DNA from: Octopus bimaculoides
Taxonomy: Eukaryota
Assembly (NCBI RefSeq): GCF_001194135.2
Contig: NC_068981.1
Span: 80,257,139-80,321,138 of the forward strand
Direction of reading: 5' to 3'
Length of the DNA stretch: 64,000 bases
Part shown: positions 1 through 12,693 of the stretch, piece by piece
How positions within the stretch are numbered: position 1 is the first letter of the stretch
Layout of the letters: each line of letters starts with the position of its first letter
Translations under genes and position numbers: made by a program
The notes under the pieces: model-generated
What the model was told of the DNA's origin: nothing
What the model saw: only the letters and a program-made list of their open reading frames with translations
Database searches by the model: none

Positions 1-245
1 TATGTATGTGTGTGTGTGTGCTTGTGTCTGTGTTTGTACCTTTGTACCTCCACAGTTGCTTGACAACCAGTGTTGTTGTGTTTATGTCCCCATAACTTAG
101 CAGTTCAGCAAAAGAGACTGATAGAATAAGTACTAGGCTTACAAAAAAGAAGTTCTGAGATTGATTTGTTTGACTAAAACCCTTTAAGGTGGTGCTCCAG
201 CATGGCTGCAGTCTAATGAGTGAAACAAGTCACAGAATAACAGAA
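1..245 (+). mobile_element. 3' half of a SINE family A copy running in from before the window
   Basis: Reverse complement of the 3' portion seen at 476-660 and 23640-23830. Confidence 0.7.
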
Positions 246-475
246 TGTTGCTTCGCCTTCTGATAAATTATTTCATTTAACTATGCTCAGGGTTTAAATT
301 TTTTTTTTTTTTACAAGTGTGAATGAGATGATCATACCGTTCTAAGGAGCATTAGTGTTATTATAAATGAAGGGAAATTATTTGTATTAAGAGAGGAAAC
401 CAGGTTGTACACTTGATTCCTTAATGGCTTCTTGTTTTATTTACATACCACCTTCAGCAGATAATTGAAAACAAA

Positions 476-1098
476 TATCTTTTATTTGTTTCAGTCATTA
501 AGCTGTGACCATGCTGGGGTGCCACTTTGAAGAATCAACTCCAGTACTTATTTTTTTTTTAATCTGGTACTTATTCATCAGCTCTCTTTTACTGAACAGC
601 AAAGTTATGAGGACATAAACACACCAACACTGGTTGTCAAGCGGTGGTGGGGAGTAAACAGACAGAAAGAGACACATACATTACTCCACAGCAGAAGCAA
701 TAAAGCTGCTTCCCCTGGTGAAGACAATTGGGCTGCAAGTGCCCTGTGCTGGTGCTGTCTAAAAAGCACTCATACCAGTGCCATGTAAAAAGCACCCAGC
801 ACACTCAGTAAAGTGGTTGGCATTAGGAAGGGCATTCAGTGATAGAAACCATGCCAAATCAGACTGGGACCTAGTGCAGCTCTCCAGTTTACCAGTTCTG
901 GTCAAACTATCCAACTCATACCAGCATAGACAACAGATGTTAAATAATGGTGATGACAGGCTTCTTTCAATTTCTGTTTACTGAATCCATTCACAAAATT
1001 TCAGTTGAAGACACATGCCCATGGTGCCATGCCGTGGGACTGAACCCGGAGCCAGATAGTTAGGAAGCAATTTCTTAACACAGCCACACCTGCACCTA
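476..1098 (-). mobile_element. SINE family A (tRNA-derived head, internal (CA)n) interrupted by a family C fragment at about 700-958
   Basis: 3' part tcttttatttgtttcagtcatt...gttgtcaagcggtggtgggg; head ...gaagacac...gtgccatgccgtgggactgaacccggagcc...acacagccac. Confidence 0.75.
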
Positions 1099-1499
1099 TG
1101 AATAAAAAATATAAATAATATATTAATAAAAAAAAGTTTATTTTGAGAAAACAACATTTTTATTTTAGTTCATTGTTACAATTTTGTACAATTATTGATG
1201 CAGGACATTGAACTGGGAACCTCAAAAAATCAGAATAATTCCATGCAATTCAGCTTCCTCTAGCAGATTATCATTATGGTGTTTCTGTAATCGTTATAGT
1301 CATCATCGTTTAAATGTCTGCTTTTCTATGCTTGCATGGGTCAGATGGAATTTGTTGAGGCAGATTCTCTACAGCTGGATCCCTTGCCTGTCACCAACCC
1401 TCATTCTCTATAACCAGACATGTTTTCACTAAGAATTGGAAATGAAGGACATTGTTTTGCATGATAGTGACTCTCATTTACAACTATCACACAATGTCA

Positions 1500-1685
1500 A
1501 AGTAACAAACACGCACATATGCATCAAGTTTCTTTCAGTTTCCATCTACCAAATCCATTACAAGGCTGTGGTCAACCTGGGGCTATAGTAGAAGACACTT
1601 CCCCCAAAGTGCCACTTGGTAGGACTGAACCTGGAACCATGTGGTTGGGAAGCAAATTTATTACCACACAGCCACATCTGCATCT
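1500..1685 (-). mobile_element. SINE family A 5' half
   Basis: tttccatctaccaaatcc...gctatagtagaagacacttcccccaaagtgccac...gaacctggaaccatgtggttgggaagc. Confidence 0.75.
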
Positions 1686-2532
1686 ATAATATTCAACTAA
1701 AATAATAGGGATATTCAACTAAATATCTGAGAGTTTACTTTATTGTTTTCATGTATGCTGTGTAGAGTTTGGATTATAAAAGAAAATAAAAGAATAGATA
1801 CGAGATCTGGCAATCTTGCTTGCAACAGAGTTACATCCTATTCTATCCAGGAAAATACTTATCTCTTATCAAATTCATGTTGAATCTAAGGCTATGTACC
1901 AACTTTGTGTCTGTTTGGCCTTTGGATTTAGCTTTTATTTATAGATTTATTTATTTCACTGTATAGAGATTTATATTTATCTGTAGGATAAATATGAATC
2001 TCTGTACAGTGGAAAGAAAGAATATTTTCTTCATTAGTCCATTTTTGGTAAAATTACCTCACTTATTTTGTATATTTTGATTAAATGTATTTATTTTGTA
2101 AATGTCATATAAAAACGCGTGCATGTGTGTTTCTATTATCAAACTGGAGAGCACCACCCTCTCCGGATTAAGCATTGCAGTCTCACAAAAATTTTAACTA
2201 TATCAACCATTGTTAATTCCCATTTTAATGGGCCAAAGAGAGCCCAATTCCTACCTCCCTTAGTTCCATGGCTTTTTTTTTCTTGTTTTCTTTTTTTATT
2301 TACTTTTTTGTTTCGTTCTTTCACACATTTTCTCACAGAACAGCCATATTTTACTTTGAACCTGAAAGACTGCGCAATTGAACACAGCATACTATACAAG
2401 CTTGTTTCATGACTGTGCTATTAGAAGCATGAAACATAGTAGCTTGCTTTTAGTCCTGTGTATATTAAATGCTTTTCTCTTGATGATTGAAGTACTTTTC
2501 TTCTTTTTTTTTTTATGTTGATCCCACCATTG

Positions 2533-3210
2533 TTTCCACTTTTTCGAGATCAGTGACGTTTTTGTCACTGGAAAAAAGGATATATATATTTGCATTGAGA
2601 ACCATTTCCCAGCACCAACCAGTGATTGTCACACACTGATGACAGGTAAATACCCAGAAACCTGGGTCCATGTGTATCATGTCAGGATGGAAATGGGAAT
2701 GATGACTTCCCTTTGCAAATACTGATAGGGCACAGATAGTGTGTCAATAGCCAGCTGGAAGTGATGTCTTCCTGGGGCTACAAGCTACAGTAGTATCAAC
2801 CCTTGAGGGTTAGCCACATTTAGGTGGCAAATATACTTCACGATGTCGAGCGGCTACTGTTTATACCTCGCTCAGAGATTTATTATTGATTATTTCCACT
2901 TTTTCGAGATCAGTGACTTTTCGTCACTGGAAAAAGGATATATATATATTTGCATTGAGAACCATTTCCCATCGTCAACTGGTGATTGTCACACGTTGAT
3001 GACGGATAAATACCCAGAAACCCAGAAACTCGAGTCCATGTGTATCACGTCAGGCTGGAGATAGGAACGATGACTTCTCTTTGCAAATACTGATAGGGCA
3101 CAGATAGTGTGTCAATAGCCAGCTGGAAGAGATGTCTTCTTGGGACTACAAGCTACAGTAGCATCAACCCTTAAGGGTTAGCCACATTTAGGTAGCAAAT
3201 ATACTTCACG
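2533..3210 (+). repeat. Tandem direct duplication of an approximately 310-bp unit (2533-2842 and 2894-3210) related to the 38.0-kb MITE arm
   Basis: Both units start tttccactttttcgagatcagtgac and end ggcaaatatacttcacg. The distal ~130 bp aligns by eye with the reverse complement of 38001-38130. Confidence 0.85.
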
Positions 3211-6200
3211 TATATATGCATACATATATACATACTTACATACACTTTCTGTAGATACAACCTACATCAGTGTCTTGTCATTTTGTATTATTAAAAAACA
3301 TGAAATAAGCAGATGTAAAGAAACCCACCTGTAAAGACTTCTGAACTGGCACTAAATCACTCATTAATATAACATTGTACTGGATACGAAAACATTACCA
3401 ACATCTTCAAATGTAAACAATTATTATTGCTTTTTGCTCCACAATATTTTAATAATTCAATTAAGAGCTTTTAAAACATATTACAATTCAATCCCCTTTA
3501 TGACAAACTGTCAAACAGATTTTTTAGTTGGATGGATTTCTTCATAAATTATTAATTTAACTACATGTAAGACTAAAGGAGGGATATGTATTTATATTAT
3601 GTAAGCTGTGACATTTTTTCTTCTCATAAATTAAAGGTGAATTTAGTGCCCTGCAGTGACTAAATCTACTACATCTGTTATTAACTTAATTATCACCATT
3701 CCAATATGGTTGTAATTAGCCCAAGTTCTCTGTAATTTATTAAACTACCAGTCATCTGAGTTTTATTATTAACAATTCTTTGAAAAAATGTTTGCAGTTG
3801 TCTCTGTAGATAAATATACTGAGCTGTCTAATATATAACAAATAGAAATAGTACTATTTGAGTGACAAGCATAATAGAATTTATTTAACTAATTAGTAAT
3901 TATAATTAGAAATTCTACTTTATATATAATTCAACAGATGGATAAAAAATGTATATCCTGTTAGAGAAAAGTAACACATTTTGATTTAAGAGCAATGTTC
4001 ATGAAATTACTGGAAGAAATTATTTCTTTTTCTCTAGAGTAATGAGTTTTGGTGAAATGTAAATTTAAGTCAATATGAGTGCTGCTGATTGGTGGTATTT
4101 TGGCAGGCTGAATACATGACTTGGATTCTATTCCTTGTTGGAACCATTATGCTTTGTCATGCCTGGAAATTTGACCACAGTCAAATAGCTTGAAGAAGAA
4201 TTAACCAATACTTAACTTACCATCATTACATGAAGATAAAGTCTACCAGTAAACCCTAACACATGAATACATAATATAATTTACTTGGGTAGGCTAGCCT
4301 AGGTTATTAATCATATCATCATACAATTCCACTTCTAAGTAACAACATTATGGATGCAGCATGACCAAATACTTAAAAAGTTCCCTTTGCAAACATCTGA
4401 TCCTAGGCTCAATCTCACTGCATGGCTTCTGGAGTAAGTATCTTTTTTTTATAACCTTGTGTTAACCCAATTTTTTATGAATGAAATTGGATAAACACAA
4501 ACTGTGTGGATGCTCTACAGATGGATTTATTTGTAATTAGAATGTCCATCTTTGTTACACTGTTTCTCGCTGAATCTACCTGAGAATTACATTAAGAGCA
4601 CACATGTTTATGGAATCATCAGCCATCATTGTCATCATCATGTATTGTATGCCTGCAGTGCATAGATGACCATACAACAATCAGCCATACACATTCAATG
4701 AGCAGGCAATTGAGTTGATTGAACAACTGAATATTCATTGTGGAAACCAATAAGCATCCATTTACTTGATGTTATCTATATAGGGATGGGCAAAGGGCAT
4801 GTGTAATATGAAATATTTATTTTTTTTCTTTCTTATTGTGAATAACTTCTTAATGATGACCACAATAGTTTTAAGATTAATTGAAGAGCTGACTCCTTTC
4901 TCTTTTCATTATATTATGCTTTACAAACCACCACAAGGTCTCATACCTATTGCTGTGTGGTGGCTTGTGTACCTCAGTGACCCTGAGAACTCTGCCAGTG
5001 GAGAATAAAGGGCTGGACAAGTCAATGGATAGAGACCACCTCTTCCCAGAGAGTAAAATGTTTTTTGTTTTTTTTTTCTCAGACCAACACCCCTACCTTG
5101 AAAAAAGCAAAGTTGCAGAAGTGTCGATGACAATTCAAAGCCAACAAAATCTGGGTGGGAGGAGCAGAAAAAATGGCCCAGATTTGAGGACAGTGGACAA
5201 AAGTCTTTTACACTCACACAAGCTCTGTATCAGTATAATATTTACAATAACATGATTTCATTGAACCATAAACATAGACAAAGTGTTTGGTCATCTGGCT
5301 ATAGTATCATGTAATATGGCAGTAAAACGAACAGTACATGGTTAGAGATGCTACTATCTTATGATGCTGAGTGTTCTCTACAGTCAGCAATCTTGGTATA
5401 CTCCCACAAATAGAAGTGAAATATTAATGTTTGTTCATTTGTTTTTCTTTTAATTATTTATTATTGCTGTCCTTTTCATCTCTGTCTTGAGCAATTTCTC
5501 TTTCCTACTGTGATGCAGTATATCAGAATGCTGTCAATTATGTACTTGGAGAAGTTTGTTAGAATCCAAGAGGGAAGTTCTCTATCCTGATGTAACACAG
5601 TGGAGCTGAGCTTTCATCAGAACATAAGTGCTGAAGTCTCTTGAGAGATGATTGTGATTACACTATCTAAGAACTTAAATATTTTAACCTTTTTCTACGT
5701 CATTCTTTCATTTGAATTTAACCCTTTGCTTGTCATGTGATACACAAGATATATTTCCTTTGTATCATTTCTCTCATGTCTATGTATCATATATGATACA
5801 GTCTCAATTTTTTCAACCACCAGAGTAATCTGGAACTTATGATAGAAAATCTTTATATTATCCAGATGGTATGAAACAAGGGCTAACTAAAAGTCTGGAA
5901 ACTAGTACAGGTATTTAGGACAAGCTTATGAAAATGCTTTGGATAGGTAAAGGGCTAAAAACATACAGGCCCCACCTCAATATCTTACTCCTGAAGTGAG
6001 CCTCTTAAGTCTTTTGAGTATCAGGTTGTTTTCAGTATACCACATGATCATTTTCATTTATTTTATTTTCATTTTGTTTTTCCTGTGGAAAATTGTGATA
6101 CATGATTTTACAGATTCATACATATACTACATGTGTTTTAGAAATATGAGTCATTACTGGTATATAATTTCATAAACAGTAAATGGCACCTATATTTCAA

Positions 6201-7559
6201 CCATCTTGATTTAAGCTCACTTAGGGAACCAAATTTATCTTAAGCAAGGTTCGCTTCACTAAATATGGGTTGTTTCAAGTTTATCTGTTGATTTTTATCT
6301 TTTCCGTCAAAAAGAGGAAACAAATATGTCCAACAATTTGTTTAGAGTGCATAAGTGTTCCCCAGTGACTGAAAATGGTTTAGAATAGCTAAAATGTAAC
6401 GAAAGTAGTCTAGACTATGAAGTTTATTTTAGAATCTTTAGATTTTTATTTTTGTTTTATTCTAGTCTTTTGGGTTACAAGGTGGAGGGAAAATCATCTT
6501 TTCTTCTGTTATCACAAGATAAAAGCTGATAAACTTTTTAAGGGTGGCTACAGAAGAATGACTAGATACCTTTTTAGTCTGAGAGTACCGAAAAATAACT
6601 TGAAGTAAATGAAAATAAAACAGATGTTTATTTTTTTATAATAACTGATACTAAGTGTGCCTAGTAAAATGAAATTTAAGCTGCTTATTAAGTTTGCTAA
6701 AAAATTAAACATATATTGTAGACCATACAGCATTTTTCTTTAATCCATAAACATAATTGTTATTGGAATTTCGACTACAATACTGAATGTATGTTTATGG
6801 AAAATGCTAAATTGTGTAACAGATATGAGTGAGTAAACCTGTGGAAAATGTGTAAACATAGGCCAATAGATATTGAAATAATAATGGTGTTGATTTCTCT
6901 CATAAAAATGGTGGTTCCTTTTCAATAAATAAATGAATATATTATTTGTATTTCTTAATGGTTTTAAGTCAACATATTCATAACTCTTATCTTTGTCATA
7001 GTGAGGATGATTTCCTATTACCTTTTCCATGGGGGCTTTAACTTCAATATTTTTTTAGCAATGAAGATTCTGACAGGTGTAACATTCATGATTTCCCTAT
7101 AAGGCATTATTAATGGGAAGTTTTTAAGAACCAGTGCTTAACTTAGATGTCATAGTGTTAGGTAGATTAGTGAGTAATCTAACCCTCGATATGACAATGG
7201 TCTATCATTGGTAACCTTGCCACATGATCTGGTACCTGTTCCTGGCAGCTAAGCAATATAAAATAAAGCATTCTGTCTAGAAACATAATGAAATGCTTAC
7301 AGCAGATAGTTCAATACTTATTTGTTTTTTCCACCTCATGCCTACAAAGCATGAATGATGTAAGCGAAATAGCTATAACAAAGAACTGAAAGCAGTAGGT
7401 AAACTCACCTTGACAAAACCATACATTTGATCTATGGTACTCATTAGTATTCCAACAAAAAAAGTAAAATACTACTAGAAAGTATTCAATGTAGCAAAAT
7501 ATTTTCTAAAGTATACTGTTTATTGGCTCTGGAAAGAAATTTTCTACCTCACCAAAAGT

Positions 7560-7790
7560 CATTCCTGAGCCAGAGGCATATAAGGCCAGTTTCCCAAATT
7601 CTGTGGTATATATATTCTCCACTGGACATGGCACTGGTCTGCCACAGAAATACTCATTTTTGCCAACTGAGTGGACTGGAGCAACAAGAAATGAAGTGTT
7701 TTGCTCAAAAATACAATACATCACCTGGTCCAGGAATTGAAACCGTAATCTTACAATCATGAGTCCAGCACCTTAATCACTAAGTCATGT
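7560..7790 (-). mobile_element. SINE family D (tRNA head, Deu/Nin-like core)
   Basis: The reverse complement reads ...ttgctccagtccactcagttggcaaaaatgagta.... Homologous to 51900-52045 (+) and 54870-55110 (-). Confidence 0.65.
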
Positions 7791-8196
7791 GCTTCTTCTC
7801 ATAATATGATTCTATAATATAATATGATGTTATATAATATAACATGATACTATTATATAATAATAATGACAATGATAATTATAAGAGAACTTCTAATCAA
7901 CTGCTCAGCCTGCTAGAAATAGCAATCACTTGCCCTCATCACATTATATTGTCTTTAAAAGTGAAGGATACATTGGAGAATATAATCCTCAATATACAAA
8001 TTGTTGTGATAGTTATGACTGGAATGCCTTTTGATCATATGTCTGTTGTATTAGAAATAACCTGGATAAAACATAACATTCTAATGTTGTTAATATAATT
8101 TTGAAATACGTTTTTAATTAAATTGTAATTTAAAACTTTTTACTCCACAGGCTATTGGAAATTGCTTAGGTTTTATTGAAACAATTTTATAACATG

Positions 8197-8231
<35 letters not shown>

Positions 8232-8251
8232 NNNNNNNNNNNNNNNNNNNN
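8232..8251. other. Assembly gap (20 N) inside a (TA)n microsatellite
   Basis: N run flanked by TA repeats. Confidence 0.99.
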
Positions 8252-8840
8252 NTATATATATGATGGCTAAGCATTTGCCAAATATTTTCATAAATTGAAA
8301 TAAATCAAATAGTTTGCAAGTACTCTTTTAGTGACATATTTTTGTTAACACTTCATAGAAAATTAATATTCTTAACTAATAAGCCTTCTGGAGTTATATT
8401 AACATATAAATTTTGACTGATTATAAAAAATAGACATTAGTAATAAATAAATAGATAAATAAAAAGCCAATAGATTAAACATTTCTTTCTTAAAGTTTGA
8501 ATAGTAAATGATAATTTCTATATTGTAAAAGTGGCTCTTAAGAATATTTAATTTTCAAAAGAATCTGGAAAACTTATTTACTGGTTTCCACTGTGAAATA
8601 ATTTGTTTGTTTGACATATCTAGAAGATTAAAATCTGATTCATAGATTGATTGATTCTTAGACTTAATATGATGTCTGATTTAACATGACCACCTGGCTC
8701 TTGCAAGCATTCAGCCCAGGTCTTTGCTTTGAGCACCCCCACTAATCTCAGATGTCCTGAAAAGGCTCATTGGGGCTGCTGCTCTTCCTCCACTAACTAA
8801 GCTGCAAATAATAAAATAGAAAAGATCTTGTGTTTTGAAG

Positions 8841-9060
8841 TAATATTGGTTTCTAATTTAGGCAAAAGGCCAGCGATTTCAGGGGTGGGAGCCAAGTCAA
8901 TTACATCAACTTAAGTGCTCAACTGATACTTATTTTATTGACCCTGGAAAGATAAAAGACAAAGTTGACCCTGGTGGAATTTGAACTCAGAAAGTAAGGA
9001 CAGACAAAATGCTACTAAGCATCATGCCCAGCATGCTAACAATTCTGCCAGCTCACCACC
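8841..9060 (-). mobile_element. SINE family B (tRNA-like head, MetaSINE/Sauria-like core), minus-strand copy with a 15-nt TSD
   Basis: Reverse complement of the 9095-9311 copy. TSD ttttgaagtaatatt at 8833-8847 and 9066-9080. The family name is from recalled core similarity only. Confidence 0.85.
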
Positions 9061-9094
9061 TTATTTTTTGAAGTAATATTACAATTAACAATGA

Positions 9095-9311
9095 GGCAGA
9101 GAGTTGACAGACTCATTAGTATGCCAGGCAAAATGCTTAGAGGCATTTCGTCCATCTTTATGTTCTCAGTTCAAATTCCACTGAGGTTGACTCTGCCTTC
9201 CATCTTTTCAGGGTTGATAAAATAAGTACCAGTTGAGTATACGGGTCAGTCTCATTGACTTACTCACTCCTCAAAATTGCAGGCCTTCTGCCAAATTTTG
9301 AAACCAATATT
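9095..9311 (+). mobile_element. SINE family B, plus-strand copy with a 20-nt TSD
   Basis: Core ...gactctgccttccatcttttcagggttgataaaataagtaccag... TSD aatattacaa(t/c)taacaatga at 9075-9094 and 9306-9325. Confidence 0.85.
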
Positions 9312-9356
9312 ACAACTAACAATGACCCTCATATTTATTCTTAATATATAAGCAGC

Positions 9357-9538
9357 AAATTCAAACATGAATATGCTAATAGCTGTTGTGTTCTTTACAC
9401 AAGGAGAGCAGCTTTTCCTTTACAATGAATATGTGTTCATAACACTCACAATCCATTATGAACACATGCTTGTCATAAAGGAAAAGCTATTCGCTTGTAA
9501 TGACCACAACAGCTATTAGCATATTCATTTTCAAATTT
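9357..9538. repeat. Imperfect fold-back (about 85-bp arms, 13-nt loop), probably a small MITE
   Basis: Nested complementary blocks tgaatatgctaatagctgttgtg/cacaacagctattagcatattca, agcttttccttta/taaaggaaaagct and atgtgttcataa/ttatgaacacat. Confidence 0.85.
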
Positions 9539-11479
9539 CCCAGAACATTAAGAATGAATTTGCAAGTAATCATTTTGAATTTCACTATTCTCATCACATA
9601 TGACAATTTATTTATCTACGATTGTAATAAAAGTTAAATTGTTTGATAATCATTATTTTTTTCCCCTTAAATTAGCCACACAGTATTATTCTATGAGGTA
9701 CAAACAGTATTTCAGTAACAAGTCATAATATTTATATAAATCCAGATAAAAATTGAGGGCAAAATTTATGTACATGTGTGTATAATAAGTACATGTGTAT
9801 GAATTTACGATGTACATATATTATAAGTGCATTACTGTAGGCATGCATACATATTAATACACAGCTGTTTTACTTGTTTATGAAATGTGATTCATGACTT
9901 ATCCACAAACCATAGTACTGGGATATTAGAGGTTCTCGTGAGGAAGAACAAAGAAATCTGACAATCAGCATACAAATCCATTAGTAGATATCTAAAAAAT
10001 TTTCAGTGTTGCATATTTGAATCTTTTTCTTATACACATTCATTTAGCAACATGGATGGATATAAACAAATGTAAATGCTTATCACCTAAATACGCTGAC
10101 ATCATGTAAGAAATTTACTTTTCATTGGTTATAAAGAAAACAATATTGACAACATACATGTTACATGCACAGAAACATGTTCACATATTATTTTTCCTTA
10201 TCAAGCTTCTCAGTGTGTCTTGTAACCATCTGTTTCTTATTCATTGTTGCTATCTAATGCACTACACTACCATCCACTCCTATTATACTGAACACAATAG
10301 GACACAGTAAGAACACGTGTTGTAATCTAGGATTGGTGGACTCTGTTTTGTTCACTTACTCTTGAACGAATGGACAAAACACTGGCCATTCATTGAGAAA
10401 TTTTATTGGACATAATTTTGTTTCTTATTTTTCTTTATTTTTCCTTTATGTTCAATTACCTACATTTATTTATCTCACCTGTTGTACACAAATACAATAC
10501 ATTAAAGCTGTTTGCTCTATGCTCATTAGTAAACTGTTGATGTTCAATTTAGGCAAATCACTTTTTATCCAAACTCTTTTCTCTAGCTAACAACTTTTTA
10601 TTCTAGAAACTTTTTTACATGTAATTTTCATTTTTGTTCTGTTCAATTCTTTTTGTAGGTGCTTCAGACTTTTGTTAATGTAATCTTGCAGCTACTAGTT
10701 CTGATAAGCATCTCAGCATAACATTAAGCTGCATTACCAAACTAATGTAGATATTTGTTATTTATCGATTCTCTCTCATAATTTGAAAGGAAATCATCAG
10801 GTCATGGAACTTGGCATGTTTATGATACTAATTTTGTTTGTAAGCATACAGCTCTTTTTCCATTAGTTTGCTAAAGGTGTTAGCTTCCAAAATGCTCATC
10901 AGTTTCATAGTTCTGTTGCTTAAATTGATGGGCATTGTCATCTTGGGGAATCTAACCACTGCTTGATAATATGTATTAAGAAACTTTGTCGGGGACACAG
11001 CATAATGCCAGTGATAAGCCACTGACTTTTGACATCTTAATGACTGCCAGATACAAATTTTTCTTTATTATTGAGAGCTGAGTGAAAATGCATAGTCAAG
11101 ATTCCTTTCATGTGTATATAAAGATATTTGGGGTAGTTCATTTCTCCTATGTATAATGACTTACATTCTGACAGAAAATAATACTAAAAACTCTCTTTGC
11201 TCTTGAGATTTACTTGCAATGAAAGGAATTCTCACAAATAAATTCAAACTAGTCTTCACTGATATGGCCTTGATTATAAAATAAGAATAACTTTTTCTCT
11301 ATTTGCTACAAGGGCCCATACATTCATACAATGATAGGCTACAAAATAAAGGGGATGCAAGACATGTGGGGATGTATAGGCAATTATAAAAATGTGGGGT
11401 GTGGCAAAAGCTTATATTAAGACATTTAGTTTTAATAAACCACACAAATAGACTAAAATATAAACAATAAATACAAATA

Positions 11480-11900
11480 AAACAAATAAAAAACAGTTGA
11501 TGGTAGTTGATCTACACACAGGTGAGAAAGTATCAACCACATGGGTTGGTTCAGGGCATCCCACAGCCTCAACTATTTTTGCTCTTGGTATTAGAATCTT
11601 GGTCTCATGGATGTGTCTATAGATATTCTCATTTTGGACTAGGTTTGAATCCTACCATACATTCTCTGAAGTTCACATGTAGTTTTTGATAAACATCTTG
11701 TTTGCTTTTCACCAGAAGTCTACCATTTAAGCATTTAAAAAAAATCTGACACCATCCTTCCCTCAACCTGCATATTGATCTATCCTTCCTCCATTAAGAT
11801 AGTCAATCAGCTCTGTGAATTTCATGATTTTCTAGGGTGAGGAAAGCTTCTCTTCTTTGATCTTGCTTATCTTTGACCTGGGTTTACTTTATTTTTATTT
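11480..11900 (-). mobile_element. Possible Penelope-like RT relic
   Basis: Minus-strand ENIYRHIHETKILIPRAKIVEAVGCPEPTHVVDTFSPV loosely resembles the PLE PKIHK...RPIVSA.GCPT motif. Confidence 0.3.
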
Positions 11901-12164
11901 TTTTTTTTTCGTTCTTCTTGTCCCCATGAGCCTGCTACTCTTTTCTAGATAGGTAGGTTGTCAAGGTTTGAATTTTTGATATTTACAATTTAAATTTCTT
12001 GTTTCACTTAGGGGGAGGATTGGAAATCAAAAGCTTTTTTTTTTTTTTTTTTTCACCTTCACTAAGAAGTTTATCAAGACAATTATTTGGAAAATAGTTC
12101 TTCTGAATAGGTGAAATGTTTTTCATGCTTGTAATCTTATATCATTTTTTTCCTTTTATTGCAG

Positions 12165-12228
12165 ACTTAAATTTGGTGTCGCTATTTCAGTAGCCTTAAA
12201 AGCAGATTATATACCACGTCCATTTGTG
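12165..12228 (+). CDS. RhoGAP-domain protein, coding exon A (first exon located): (x)LKFGVAISVALKADYIPRPFV
   Basis: Acceptor tttattgcag| and donor GTG|gtaagt. 64 nt, phase 2 to phase 0. The FGV...IP..V motif is the typical start of a RhoGAP domain and joins exon B in frame. Confidence 0.85.
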
Positions 12229-12418
12229 GTAAGTTTGTAATATTTTTAATCAGTCATTGATTACAAAAAAAAACATTGATTTAAATGCTTACATTACATT
12301 CAAAACAAAAGTCTTTTCTTCTTTTTAAATACTAAAATTTAAAATGTGCACATTCCAAGTTAGTATAGTATATTACCTCTCACTCTCAGTAGAAAGAAAG
12401 AAAGATAGACACACGCAA

Positions 12419-12452
<34 letters not shown>

Positions 12453-12693
12453 GTTTGTACTTTCTTGCACTTGGTAAATAATGAACATAGTGTTTTAACC
12501 ATGACTAAAATATTTGCAAACATAAAATATCTTATATGTATGTACTCTTCCTTCAATTATTCTGTTTGTATACAGAGGGAATATTTTAAAATGCTAGTCT
12601 CAAATGCATCTATATTTAGGCGGGATAGTAGTTCTGAATTAGTTTAGTGGTATTAAAAAATTTTTTTGAATGTTTCATTCATAAATCTAAAGT

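Noticed and set aside
2396-2449. Hairpin containing ATGA, superficially SECIS-like
   Set aside because: Lacks the correctly spaced helix II, apical AA and tandem G-A quartet geometry, and there is no selenoprotein context.
4354-4433. Apparent ATG-containing phase-2 exon (MQHDQILKK...LLE|gtaagt)
   Set aside because: The sequence is a degraded head of SINE family A (...ggttcaatcccactgcatggcaccttgggcaagtgtc...).
10659-10839. Exon-like segment with good acceptor and donor (gtaagc) encoding MELGMFMILILF
   Set aside because: Ends in phase 0, so joining to exon A (phase 2) gives an immediate stop. At most a UTR or uORF exon, and unsupported.
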